DNA from: Campylobacterales bacterium
GTDB lineage: Bacteria; Campylobacterota; Campylobacteria; Campylobacterales; UBA6016
Assembly: GCA_031960985.1 (NCBI GenBank)
Contig: JAVRLX010000003.1
Coordinates: 1 to 55,890 of the forward strand
Reading direction: 5' to 3'
Length of the DNA stretch: 55,890 nt
The position numbers were made by a program, and so were the translations under genes. A model generated the notes under the pieces. That model ran no database searches and was not told where the DNA came from. It worked only from the letters and a program-made list of their open reading frames with translations. Numbering within the stretch: position 1 is the first letter of the stretch; the number at the start of each line of letters is the position of its first letter. Below are positions 15,371 through 24,427 of this stretch, piece by piece.

Positions 15371-17602
15371 ATGGAAGTTAAAATTACTATAAACGGCATG
15401 GAAATTACCGCCGATAAAAACGATACGATACTAAAAGCGGCAAGAAAAGCTGGCATATACATCCCTACCCTTTGCTATCTATCAAAATGTGAACCCATAG
15501 CCTCATGCAGACTCTGCGTTGTGGAGGCCGAAAATCAAGATGGGCTTATCCTTGCTTGCCAAACAAAAGTAGTTGACGGACTTGTTATAAATACAAACTC
15601 TGAGAAGTTAGCAAGAGAGCGACAAAAAATTATGGAGCTCTATTGCGTCAATCACCCGTTAGAGTGTGGTGTATGCGATAAATCTGGGGAGTGTGAGCTA
15701 CAAAATAAAACACTTGAATTTGGGGTAACCACCCAAGAGTTTATGGCAGTTGATCAAAAAAGAGAGATAAAAGATTGGAATCTTATACAGTACGACCCAT
15801 CTCTTTGTATCTTGTGCGAAAAATGTGTCCACACCTGCAATGAAATCATCGGGGACGATGCAATAGAGATAAAAGTTGGGGGCTATAAATCAATTATAGG
15901 GCCAAAAAACTCTGAGATGCTAAATTGCACATTTTGCGGGGAGTGCATTGCTGTTTGCCCAGTTGGTGCACTAATTTCAAAAGAGTTTAAATACAAATCA
16001 AACGCTTGGGAGCTTAAAAAAGTTCCATCCTCTTGCGCACACTGCTCATCGGCGTGTCATCTATATTACGAAGTAAAACATGAAAAAACAGAGTCGTTAG
16101 AGCAAAAAATTTATAGAGTCTCAAATGAGTTTGAGTTTAGCACCCTTTGCAAAGCTGGAAGATTTGGATTTGATTTTGATAATAAAGCCACAAAAGATGA
16201 AAAAGCATTTGAAAAGGCTGTAGGCGCTCTAAAATCAGCTAGAACTATCAAATTTAACTCATTTATTACGAATGAAGAAGCCAAAATACTTCAAACGATA
16301 AAAGAAAAATTGGGAGTAAAACTTGTAAACCCTGATGCTTATAATTTTAAAAAGTTTATGGATGCATACGCTAGCGTTAGTGGTAAGAGTTTGTACTCAG
16401 CAAGCCTAAGTGATATTAAAAACAGCGATGGGATTATTGTTATTGGCGCAATGATAAGCGTTGATAATCCAATGGTAAGATATGCCCTAAATGAAGCCTC
16501 AAAAAAACAAAATGCAAAAGTTGTATATTTACACCCGATAGAAGATCCTTTGCTTAGCGCAAATGTCAATAAATTTGTCAAATATGAGCCAAAAAGCGAA
16601 GAGGGGGTGATAGCACTACTTGCATCTATTTTTGTGGATAAAAATGCCCTAAATGATGAGCAAAAAAGATTTTTTGATGAGCTCGATGTGGGATATGTAA
16701 GCTCAGAAGCAAGCTTTGATGAAGCAGAGCAGGAGATAGTAGCCAAAATGTTTAAAAGGGCGAAAAACAAAACTCTCATCCTCGGCGCCGACCTTTATTC
16801 ACACCCAAGAGCAGAAAATATAGCAAGACTTGCTGGTTTGTTTGAAAGGGCATCTGGTTTTAAAGTCTTAATTATCCCTTCACAAACAAATACACTAGGC
16901 GTATCTATGATTTGTGATTTGGATGAAAAAGGGGAAGGATTTACAGTTGGGTATAACGAAGAGGGGGATTTTGTTCTTACTTCTTTGGGAAGTGAGGGAA
17001 GAGATAACGCCCTTGATATGCCAGCTCTTAATCAACAAGAGGGGACATTTGTAAATATAGATAAAAGGGTAGTTCCTCTAAATGCGGCTATAGAGTTTAA
17101 AGGGTATGAACTAAATGACCTTGCAAACGCTTTAGGAATTAAAAAAGAGTTTACTATCGACTATACAAAAGAGCTATTTGATGGTGTAGCATTTGATGAT
17201 TTACCTAATAGATTTTTAAATGATGGCACAGAAGATAGAGGGTATGTTTTAAAACCAAAAGATGTTGAAATAAATGGCAAAATAGAAGATGTTGCAGAGC
17301 TTGAAGAGATGAATGGGACACTTGTTTATGTCTCTAATCCGGTGGGGCAGTTTAATGAGTGGACAAAAAAAAGCCAAAATCTAAACTACAAAAAGGGACA
17401 AATCTTGGGCTCTAAGGCCTTTATGGTAGCCGCTAAAGTTAGAGATTCTGAACAAATCTGTGTAACAAGCGAAAAAGGTGAGATGGTAGGTAATTATAAG
17501 TTATGTGAAAACCTAAAAGGAACTGTTGCTATAGTTTCAACGCTTGATTTTAAAGCAGACGGATATAGATTTCAAAGAGCAAAAATAAGTGTTCAAGGGT
17601 AG
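15371..17602 (+). CDS. nuoG: NADH-quinone oxidoreductase subunit G, paralogue 1 (743 aa)
   Basis: [2Fe-2S] region 'CYLSKCEPIASCRLCVVE', 'NHPLECGVCDKSGECELQ', 'CILCEKCVHTC', 'CTFCGECIAVCPVGAL', plus an N7-like 'SSCAHCSSACHLYYE...LCKAGRFGFDF'. Confidence 0.9.
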   Translation: MEVKITINGMEITADKNDTILKAARKAGIYIPTLCYLSKCEPIASCRLCVVEAENQDGLILACQTKVVDGLVINTNSEKLARERQKIMELYCVNHPLECGVCDKSGECELQNKTLEFGVTTQEFMAVDQKREIKDWNLIQYDPSLCILCEKCVHTCNEIIGDDAIEIKVGGYKSIIGPKNSEMLNCTFCGECIAVCPVGALISKEFKYKSNAWELKKVPSSCAHCSSACHLYYEVKHEKTESLEQKIYRVSNEFEFSTLCKAGRFGFDFDNKATKDEKAFEKAVGALKSARTIKFNSFITNEEAKILQTIKEKLGVKLVNPDAYNFKKFMDAYASVSGKSLYSASLSDIKNSDGIIVIGAMISVDNPMVRYALNEASKKQNAKVVYLHPIEDPLLSANVNKFVKYEPKSEEGVIALLASIFVDKNALNDEQKRFFDELDVGYVSSEASFDEAEQEIVAKMFKRAKNKTLILGADLYSHPRAENIARLAGLFERASGFKVLIIPSQTNTLGVSMICDLDEKGEGFTVGYNEEGDFVLTSLGSEGRDNALDMPALNQQEGTFVNIDKRVVPLNAAIEFKGYELNDLANALGIKKEFTIDYTKELFDGVAFDDLPNRFLNDGTEDRGYVLKPKDVEINGKIEDVAELEEMNGTLVYVSNPVGQFNEWTKKSQNLNYKKGQILGSKAFMVAAKVRDSEQICVTSEKGEMVGNYKLCENLKGTVAIVSTLDFKADGYRFQRAKISVQG
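16025..16399. repeat. mosaic high-identity block, copy A (56 bp identical, ~63 bp diverged, ~255 bp at roughly 90 %)
   Basis: Aligned by eye to 18337-18711 at a constant offset of 2312. 16025-16080 is identical. In 16144-16399 I counted about 24 mismatches. Confidence 0.8.
16774..17364. repeat. 591-bp perfect direct repeat, copy A (inside nuoG paralogue 1)
   Basis: Base-by-base comparison with 19242-19832 (offset 2468) showed no mismatch. Identity stops abruptly at both ends. Confidence 0.95.
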
Positions 17603-17610
17603 CAAAATAA

Positions 17611-20076
17611 ATGGCAAATGTTAAATTTTTTATAGACGGGCGAGAAGTAAAGGGGAGCGACTCTGAGACGATACTAAATATCGCAAGGGCAAATAATATT
17701 TTTATCCCCGCAATATGCTATCTCAATAGATGCTCTCCTACTTTAGCGTGCAGGCTTTGTTTGGTTGAGGCGGATGGGAAGCAGGTATTTGCATGTAACG
17801 CAAAACCTAAAGAGGGGATGCAGGTAGTCACCAACTCCGAAGAGGTAAAAGCGGAGCGAAAAGCTATTATGCAAGCTTACGATATTAACCACCCTTTGGA
17901 GTGTGGCGTGTGCGACAAATCTGGAGAGTGCGAGCTACAAAACTATACGATGGAAGTTAGCGTTGACACCCAAGAGTATAGTGTGGCCGACTGCCCAAGA
18001 CCTATTAGAAAATGGGGGCTAGTTAAATACGACTCATCGCTTTGTATCGTGTGTGAAAGATGTATAACAGTATGTAAAGATATGGTAGGAGATAACGCAC
18101 TTACTACTACCCCAAGAGGTGGCGCCGAGATAGACAAAAAATACAAAGAGGTTATGCCAAAAAACGCATTTACGATTTGGACAAGGATGCAAAAAAACAT
18201 TATCGGCACAAAAAGCGGCAATCCAGATGTGCTTGATTGTACGCTATGCGGTGAGTGCATAGCTGTTTGCCCAGTTGGCGCTCTAACAAGCTCCGATTTT
18301 ACCTACAAATCAAACGCTTGGGAACTTCGCCAAATACCATCCTCTTGCGCACACTGCTCATCGGCGTGTCATCTATATTACGAAGTAAAACACACATCCA
18401 TAGACAACGCCGAAGAAAGAATATATAGAGTTAGGAATGAATGGAATTTTCAAAGCCTTTGCAAAGCTGGCAGATTTGGATTTGATTTTGACAATAAAGC
18501 TACAAAAGATGAAAAAGCCTTTGAAAAAGCGATAGGGGCTCTAAAATCAGCTAGAACTATCAAATTTAACTCATTTATCACCAATGAAGAAGCCAAAATA
18601 CTTCAAACAATAAAAGAGAAAAACGGCGTAAAACTAGTAAACTCTGATGCTTATAACTTTAAAAAGTTTATTGGCGCCTACTCTAGCGTTAGTGGTAAGA
18701 GTTTGTACTCATCCGATCTAAAGGATGTTCGCGCAAGTAATTTTGTAATCACGCTTGGCTCCATGATAAAAACGGACAATCCAATACTCAGATTTGGGGT
18801 AAATAACGCCGTTACGATGAACAAGGGCGCCGCTGTGTATATGCACCCAATTAATGACGCTGTAATCTCTGGGCTATCCAAAAATCTATTACAGCTAAAT
18901 TATAAACCTTTAAGTGAAGAAAAAACGCTACTTGCGCTAATAGACACATTCTGCGAAAAAGACAAATTACCGTCAGATATAACCGAAAAACTAAAATCTT
19001 TAGAGGTTAAATACACAAAAACTGTTACCGAAAAGGTAAAAGAGAGGGTTAAAGAGCTAATTAAAGAAAAAGTGGTGGCTGAGGATGGCACAGAGTCTGA
19101 AGTTGAAAAAGAGGTAGAAAAAGAGGTTGAAAAATCGGTAAGCAAAGAAGTAGAGATGACATCCTCTAAACTCTTTGAACAAATCGGCCTTGAGTTAGAA
19201 GATATGGAGAAAATGAAGGCTCTTAAAAAAGATAAAGCCGTTCTCATCCTCGGCGCCGACCTTTATTCACACCCAAGAGCAGAAAATATAGCAAGACTTG
19301 CTGGTTTGTTTGAAAGGGCATCTGGTTTTAAAGTCTTAATTATCCCTTCACAAACAAATACACTAGGCGTATCTATGATTTGTGATTTGGATGAAAAAGG
19401 GGAAGGATTTACAGTTGGGTATAACGAAGAGGGGGATTTTGTTCTTACTTCTTTGGGAAGTGAGGGAAGAGATAACGCCCTTGATATGCCAGCTCTTAAT
19501 CAACAAGAGGGGACATTTGTAAATATAGATAAAAGGGTAGTTCCTCTAAATGCGGCTATAGAGTTTAAAGGGTATGAACTAAATGACCTTGCAAACGCTT
19601 TAGGAATTAAAAAAGAGTTTACTATCGACTATACAAAAGAGCTATTTGATGGTGTAGCATTTGATGATTTACCTAATAGATTTTTAAATGATGGCACAGA
19701 AGATAGAGGGTATGTTTTAAAACCAAAAGATGTTGAAATAAATGGCAAAATAGAAGATGTTGCAGAGCTTGAAGAGATGAATGGGACACTTGTTTATGTC
19801 TCTAATCCGGTGGGGCAGTTTAATGAGTGGACCGCCAAATGCTCTCAACTAAAAGAGGGGGCAAATATAGTGTATGTTGGTAAAAAAGCGGCTGAAATAC
19901 ATAACCTAAAAGATGATGATGAAATAAGACTTACAATTGGCGCTTACAAAGTCAAAATTGACCAAAAAGTCTCATCAAATATCCTTTTGGTACCAGCGTA
20001 TGAGCCAAATAATCCGGGATTTGAGACCCTGCGAGAAGGGTACAAATTTAGGACAACTGAGATCATCAAGGGGTAA
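17611..20076 (+). CDS. nuoG: NADH-quinone oxidoreductase subunit G, paralogue 2 (821 aa)
   Basis: Same full set of Fe-S motifs: 'CYLNRCSPTLACRLCLVE', 'NHPLECGVCDKSGECELQ', 'CIVCERCITVC', 'CTLCGECIAVCPVGAL', 'SSCAHCSSACHLYYE'. Its length matches what I recall for Campylobacter/Helicobacter NuoG (~820-840 aa). Confidence 0.9.
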   Translation: MANVKFFIDGREVKGSDSETILNIARANNIFIPAICYLNRCSPTLACRLCLVEADGKQVFACNAKPKEGMQVVTNSEEVKAERKAIMQAYDINHPLECGVCDKSGECELQNYTMEVSVDTQEYSVADCPRPIRKWGLVKYDSSLCIVCERCITVCKDMVGDNALTTTPRGGAEIDKKYKEVMPKNAFTIWTRMQKNIIGTKSGNPDVLDCTLCGECIAVCPVGALTSSDFTYKSNAWELRQIPSSCAHCSSACHLYYEVKHTSIDNAEERIYRVRNEWNFQSLCKAGRFGFDFDNKATKDEKAFEKAIGALKSARTIKFNSFITNEEAKILQTIKEKNGVKLVNSDAYNFKKFIGAYSSVSGKSLYSSDLKDVRASNFVITLGSMIKTDNPILRFGVNNAVTMNKGAAVYMHPINDAVISGLSKNLLQLNYKPLSEEKTLLALIDTFCEKDKLPSDITEKLKSLEVKYTKTVTEKVKERVKELIKEKVVAEDGTESEVEKEVEKEVEKSVSKEVEMTSSKLFEQIGLELEDMEKMKALKKDKAVLILGADLYSHPRAENIARLAGLFERASGFKVLIIPSQTNTLGVSMICDLDEKGEGFTVGYNEEGDFVLTSLGSEGRDNALDMPALNQQEGTFVNIDKRVVPLNAAIEFKGYELNDLANALGIKKEFTIDYTKELFDGVAFDDLPNRFLNDGTEDRGYVLKPKDVEINGKIEDVAELEEMNGTLVYVSNPVGQFNEWTAKCSQLKEGANIVYVGKKAAEIHNLKDDDEIRLTIGAYKVKIDQKVSSNILLVPAYEPNNPGFETLREGYKFRTTEIIKG
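18337..18711. repeat. mosaic high-identity block, copy B
   Basis: Partner of 16025-16399 (see that entry). Confidence 0.8.
19099..19134 (+). repeat. 3 x 12-bp imperfect tandem repeat encoding (EVEK)3
   Basis: 'gaagttgaaaaa gaggtagaaaaa gaggttgaaaaa', read directly. It lies in the K/E-rich insertion specific to nuoG paralogue 2. Confidence 0.85.
19242..19832. repeat. 591-bp perfect direct repeat, copy B (inside nuoG paralogue 2)
   Basis: Identical to 16774-17364. It encodes the same 197 aa ('ILGADLYSHPRAENIARLAG...VSNPVGQFNEWT') in both genes. Confidence 0.95.
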
Positions 20077-20078
20077 TA

Positions 20079-21068
20079 ATGGAAGCTTACATCATAGAGA
20101 CGATAGTCAAAATAATTGTCGTTGTAGCGGTTTTTTCCGCGCTAGCGGGATTTGCTACATATGTAGAGAGGAAGGTGTTGGCCTTTATGCAACGAAGGCT
20201 TGGGCCTATGCATGTTGGACCGTATGGAGTACTACAAATTTTAGCTGATGGTATCAAGCTATTTACCAAAGAGGATATTGTTCCTCAAAATGCCATCAAG
20301 CCTATATTTAAAATAGCTCCAGTGATTACTGCGGCTACCGCTTTTATAGCTATGGCCGCAATACCGTTTTTGCCTGAATTTGAGCTATTTGGACACACGG
20401 TAAGACCTATTATTTCAGATGTAAATGTTGGCATTCTTTTTGTCCTATCGGTAATGGCTACGGGGATGTACGGCCCTCTTTTAGCTGGTATATCTTCAAG
20501 GAGCAAATGGGCGCTACTAGGTGGCGCTAGAACTGTTATTCAAATGCTAAGCTTTGAGGTTGTATCTGGCTTTGCTTTGCTTGCTCCGCTTATGATGGTA
20601 GGCTCTTTATCGCTAATAGAGATTAACAATTACCAATCTGGCGGTATATCTCATTGGCTTATCTGGTATCAACCAGTCGCTTTTGTATTATTTATTATCG
20701 CTGGATATGCAGAGACCAATAGAACCCCTTTTGACCTTCTTGAGCATGAAGCGGAAGTTGTATCTGGTTATGCTACCGAGTATTCGGGTATGAGATGGGG
20801 TATGTTCTTTATTGGCGAATATGCAAATATGTTTACGATAGCATTCCTTGTCTCTATCGTATTCTTCGGCGGTTTCAACCCAATCGGCTTTATTCCAGGC
20901 GGTGTTGCCATTATCCTAAAAGCGTTCTTTTTTATATTCTTGTTTTTGTGGGCAAGAGCTGCGTGGCCACATGTTAGACCTGACCAACTTATGTGGCTAT
21001 GCTGGAAGGTGCTTATGCCGCTTGCGGTTGTAAACATACTAGTTACCGGTTTATTTATTCTGATTTAG
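20079..21068 (+). CDS. nuoH: NADH-quinone oxidoreductase subunit H
   Basis: 329 aa, polytopic. 'VERKVLAFMQRRLGP', 'NRTPFDLLEHEAEVVSGYATEYSGM' and 'RPDQLM' are NuoH/ND1 signatures. Confidence 0.95.
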   Translation: MEAYIIETIVKIIVVVAVFSALAGFATYVERKVLAFMQRRLGPMHVGPYGVLQILADGIKLFTKEDIVPQNAIKPIFKIAPVITAATAFIAMAAIPFLPEFELFGHTVRPIISDVNVGILFVLSVMATGMYGPLLAGISSRSKWALLGGARTVIQMLSFEVVSGFALLAPLMMVGSLSLIEINNYQSGGISHWLIWYQPVAFVLFIIAGYAETNRTPFDLLEHEAEVVSGYATEYSGMRWGMFFIGEYANMFTIAFLVSIVFFGGFNPIGFIPGGVAIILKAFFFIFLFLWARAAWPHVRPDQLMWLCWKVLMPLAVVNILVTGLFILI

Positions 21069-21077
21069 GGGTTTGGG

Positions 21078-21656
21078 ATGGGATATAAGATTGTAGAGAT
21101 AGAAAAATACCCTGTTAGCCCTCTCGCTAAATTTGCAAGGGTGGTTAAACGCTCTTTAAGGCTAGAGTTATTTGTTGGACTTTGGATAGTTCTAAAAGAG
21201 ATGATCAAGTTTGACATCCATACTGTCCAGTATCCAAAAGAGAAATTGCCGATAGGCCCGAGATACAGAGCTGTTCACGAGCTTTTGAGACTACTTGAAA
21301 GTGGAAATGAAAGATGTATCGGCTGTGGACTTTGCGAAAAGATATGCATATCAAAATGCATTAGAATGGATACCTTCCAAGACGAAAACGGCAGAAAAGC
21401 AGTCAGTGAATACACAATAAATTTGGGCAGATGTATATTTTGTGGCTACTGTGCCGAGGTGTGCCCTGAGCTTGCAATCGTACATGGCCCAAGATACGAA
21501 AATGCATCTGAGCAAAGAGCCCACTTTGTTTTAAAAGACGATATGCTAACCCCTATCGACTTTTTAAAAGCTGGCAAACAAAAAGAGTTTGAAGGTTTCG
21601 GCGCCATTAGCGCAGACGCCGACAAAAATATCAAACAAACGCCTCTAGCGTATTAA
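21078..21656 (+). CDS. nuoI: NADH-quinone oxidoreductase subunit I (2 x [4Fe-4S])
   Basis: 192 aa with '[11 protein letters not shown]' and '[12 protein letters not shown]'. Confidence 0.93.
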   Translation: MGYKIVEIEKYPVSPLAKFARVVKRSLRLELFVGLWIVLKEMIKFDIHTVQYPKEKLPIGPRYRAVHELLRLLESGNERCIGCGLCEKICISKCIRMDTFQDENGRKAVSEYTINLGRCIFCGYCAEVCPELAIVHGPRYENASEQRAHFVLKDDMLTPIDFLKAGKQKEFEGFGAISADADKNIKQTPLAY

Positions 21657-21666
21657 AGGGATAAAA

Positions 21667-22251
21667 ATGTTTGAACAAATAGCTTTTTATACGTTTGCAG
21701 GCCTCACGGCGGCAATGTTTCTAATCACCGTTACAAGCAAAAACATACTCTATGCGATGAGCGCCCTTGCCGCTGGGATGATATTTATCTCTGGATTTTT
21801 CTTTATCCTAAACGCAGATTTTCTCGGAGTTGTGCAAATAGTTGTATATGCGGGGGCGGTAATGGCTTTGTATGCGTTTGGAATGATGTTTTTTGACAGC
21901 GCAAAAGAGAGTGAAGAAAAAATCAAAAATCCAAAAAAGACACTTGTAATGTCGGTAGCCACTGCGGTTTTGATAGTGCTTATGCTAAGCGCTCCTATAG
22001 CGGCAAGCAAGCCCGATGTGTTGATGGAGAGCGTAACTGGGATGCAAAATCCTCAAGCGATAGGCGCTATTTTATTTACAAAATATCTAATCCCTTTTGA
22101 GCTAGCCTCTTTAATGCTTCTTATAGCAATGATTGCTGGGATTGTACTCGCAGGTAAGAAAATGGATGAGAGTTTAACCACAAATAGCGACGAAGAGATG
22201 CAAATTCTTGAAGAGTTTAGACTTGACGGCGATACAAAGGAGCATAAATGA
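21667..22251 (+). CDS. nuoJ: NADH-quinone oxidoreductase subunit J
   Basis: 194 aa hydrophobic. 'GVVQIVVYAGAVMALYAF' is typical of NuoJ/ND6. Operon position fits. Confidence 0.88.
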   Translation: MFEQIAFYTFAGLTAAMFLITVTSKNILYAMSALAAGMIFISGFFFILNADFLGVVQIVVYAGAVMALYAFGMMFFDSAKESEEKIKNPKKTLVMSVATAVLIVLMLSAPIAASKPDVLMESVTGMQNPQAIGAILFTKYLIPFELASLMLLIAMIAGIVLAGKKMDESLTTNSDEEMQILEEFRLDGDTKEHK

Positions 22252-22550
22252 TAACTTTAAATCAATATCTTATTTTGGCGACCCTCCTCTTTTGTATAGG
22301 GCTTTTTGGCGTCATTAGAAGAAAAAATCTTTTAATGCTATTTTTTGCAACAGAGATTATGCTAAATGCGGTCAATATAGCGCTTGCGGCTATTAGTTAT
22401 TTTATGCACGACCTTACGGGACAGATTTTTGCGTTTTTTATTATAGCGATTGCGGCTAGCGAAGTAGCGGTTGGGCTAGGCTTTTTGATACTTATGTACA
22501 AAAGAATGGGCTCACTCGATCTTGACAATCTACAGATTATGAAAGGGTAG
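22248..22550 (+). CDS. nuoK: NADH-quinone oxidoreductase subunit K
   Basis: 100 aa with three TM helices. 'MLFFATEIMLNAVNIAL' and 'AIAASEVAVGLGFLI' are NuoK/ND4L signatures. Confidence 0.92.
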   Translation: MITLNQYLILATLLFCIGLFGVIRRKNLLMLFFATEIMLNAVNIALAAISYFMHDLTGQIFAFFIIAIAASEVAVGLGFLILMYKRMGSLDLDNLQIMKG

Positions 22551-22555
22551 CCAAT

Positions 22556-24418
22556 ATGGAAAATTTGCTTTATATAACGCTTTTTGCTCCGCTTGTAGGC
22601 TCTATATTTGCCGCGCTATTCGGTGGATGCAAGAAAAACATATTAGCCGGTATCGTACCTAGCGCGCTTCTTTTTATCGCCACCATTACGGCCATTATAC
22701 AGCTTGGCGCAGTTATTGAGGGGAAAGTTATTAACGCAACGCTATTTGAGTGGATAGCCTCAGGCAACTTTAGAGTTGATTTTGGCTTTACAGCAGATCA
22801 AATATCTGTTGTAATGATGTGCGTCGTAACAATTGTTTCTACCCTTGTGCACATCTACTCTATCGGATACATGAGCCACGATGAGGGTTTTAATAGATTT
22901 TTTAGCTACCTATCGTTGTTTGTATTCTCAATGCTAGTACTTGTAATGAGCGATAATTTCCTCGGTCTTTTTATCGGCTGGGAAGGGGTTGGTCTATGTT
23001 CATGGCTACTTATCGGCTTTTGGTATAAAAAACCGTTTGCCACTTGGGCTGCAAATGAAGCATTTATAATGAACCGTGTGGCCGACCTTGGAATGCTTGT
23101 GGGTCTGTTTATTATATTTTGGCATACAGGAAGCCTAAAATACACTGAAGTTTTTACCGCAATAAAAGGTATCGACTCTACAGTTTTATCTTTAGCGGCG
23201 GTATTTTTGTTTATCGGCGCAATGGGAAAATCGGCTCAGTTTCCGTTTCATACTTGGCTTGCAGATGCAATGGAGGGTCCAACTCCTGTTTCAGCCCTTA
23301 TCCACGCCGCTACGATGGTTACAGCAGGGGTTTATTTGATGGTTAGAGGGCACGAACTATTTGCTCTTACGCCTGAAGTTAGCTTATTTGTGGCCTCTCT
23401 TGGTGCTTTCGTTGCGGCATTTGCCGCTACAATGGGTCTTGTCAATCGTGATCTCAAAAGAATTATAGCCTACTCCACCCTCTCGCAATTAGGGTATATG
23501 TTTGTTGCGGCAGGGCTTGGAGCGTATTGGGTCGCCTTGTTTCACCTTATGACGCACGCATTCTTTAAAGCCCTCTTGTTCCTTGGCGCAGGCAATGTAA
23601 TGCATGCAATGCACGACGAGCTTGACATCAAAAAAATGGGTGGACTATACAAACCAATGAAAGCGACAGCTATTATGATGATACTAGCCTCCGTCGCCCT
23701 TGCAGGTATCTATCCGTTTGCCGGCTTTTTCTCAAAAGATAAAATCTTAGAGGTAGCGTTTGGGACACACCATTACATCCTATGGGCAACACTTTTGATA
23801 ACTGCGGTACTTACAGCGTTTTATAGCTTTAGACTTATTATGCTTGTATTTTTTGGAAAAGAGAACTACAAAGAGCATTTCCCAACCCTTCATCCACACG
23901 AAGCCTATTGGTATATGCTTGCCGCGATGGCTCCACTTGCCGTTCTTGCCGCAATAGCCGGTTTCTTTGAACACTCTTTAATTGAGCTTTTACACAAAAT
24001 AATGCCTATTTTGCATCCGCATATGGAAGAAGGGACAATTATGGCGCTTATAGCCGTTACGACGGTGGCTGTCGTATCCTCTATAGCATTTACGGTCTAC
24101 AAATATAACAAAGGGGGATTTAGTAAAGAGCTTGAAAATAGCTTTTTGTATAAACTGCTTTACAATCAATACTATATCCCTGAGCTTTACAACAGATTTT
24201 TGGTTGCCCCATACATCAAACTCTCAGAGTTTGCATGGAAAAAGATAGACTTAAAAATTATCGACTTTATCGTTGATGCTATCGCCCTTATTATTTACAA
24301 AAGTGGTGAAAAATCGAGATACATTCAAAGCGGTAATCTATCTTCGATGCTTAGATGGATGGTCGCCGGTATTTTAATACTAATAATTTTTGCGGCTCTT
24401 TATAGCCCGATTAAGTAA
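22556..24418 (+). CDS. nuoL: NADH-quinone oxidoreductase subunit L
   Basis: 620 aa antiporter-like subunit. 'GWEGVGLCSWLLIGFW', 'GKSAQFPFHTWLADAMEGPTPVSALIHAATMVTAG'. Confidence 0.95.
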   Translation: MENLLYITLFAPLVGSIFAALFGGCKKNILAGIVPSALLFIATITAIIQLGAVIEGKVINATLFEWIASGNFRVDFGFTADQISVVMMCVVTIVSTLVHIYSIGYMSHDEGFNRFFSYLSLFVFSMLVLVMSDNFLGLFIGWEGVGLCSWLLIGFWYKKPFATWAANEAFIMNRVADLGMLVGLFIIFWHTGSLKYTEVFTAIKGIDSTVLSLAAVFLFIGAMGKSAQFPFHTWLADAMEGPTPVSALIHAATMVTAGVYLMVRGHELFALTPEVSLFVASLGAFVAAFAATMGLVNRDLKRIIAYSTLSQLGYMFVAAGLGAYWVALFHLMTHAFFKALLFLGAGNVMHAMHDELDIKKMGGLYKPMKATAIMMILASVALAGIYPFAGFFSKDKILEVAFGTHHYILWATLLITAVLTAFYSFRLIMLVFFGKENYKEHFPTLHPHEAYWYMLAAMAPLAVLAAIAGFFEHSLIELLHKIMPILHPHMEEGTIMALIAVTTVAVVSSIAFTVYKYNKGGFSKELENSFLYKLLYNQYYIPELYNRFLVAPYIKLSEFAWKKIDLKIIDFIVDAIALIIYKSGEKSRYIQSGNLSSMLRWMVAGILILIIFAALYSPIK

Positions 24419-24427
24419 GGAGAGCAG

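Noticed and set aside
14938-15462. 174-aa minus-strand ORF across the flavoprotein/nuoG junction; likewise 16339-16779 (146 aa) and 18900-19247 (115 aa) inside the nuoG genes
   Set aside because: All are antisense to genes with unambiguous Fe-S and Rossmann motifs and have a low-complexity Ser/Phe/Leu composition. They are treated as spurious.
17365-17372. A8 homopolymer in nuoG paralogue 1, right at the 3' edge of the 591-bp repeat, as a phase-variable switch
   Set aside because: Eight A residues is short for efficient slipped-strand switching, and Campylobacter contingency loci are usually poly-G/C (none of 8 or more found in the window). It is noted only as a possible recombination boundary.
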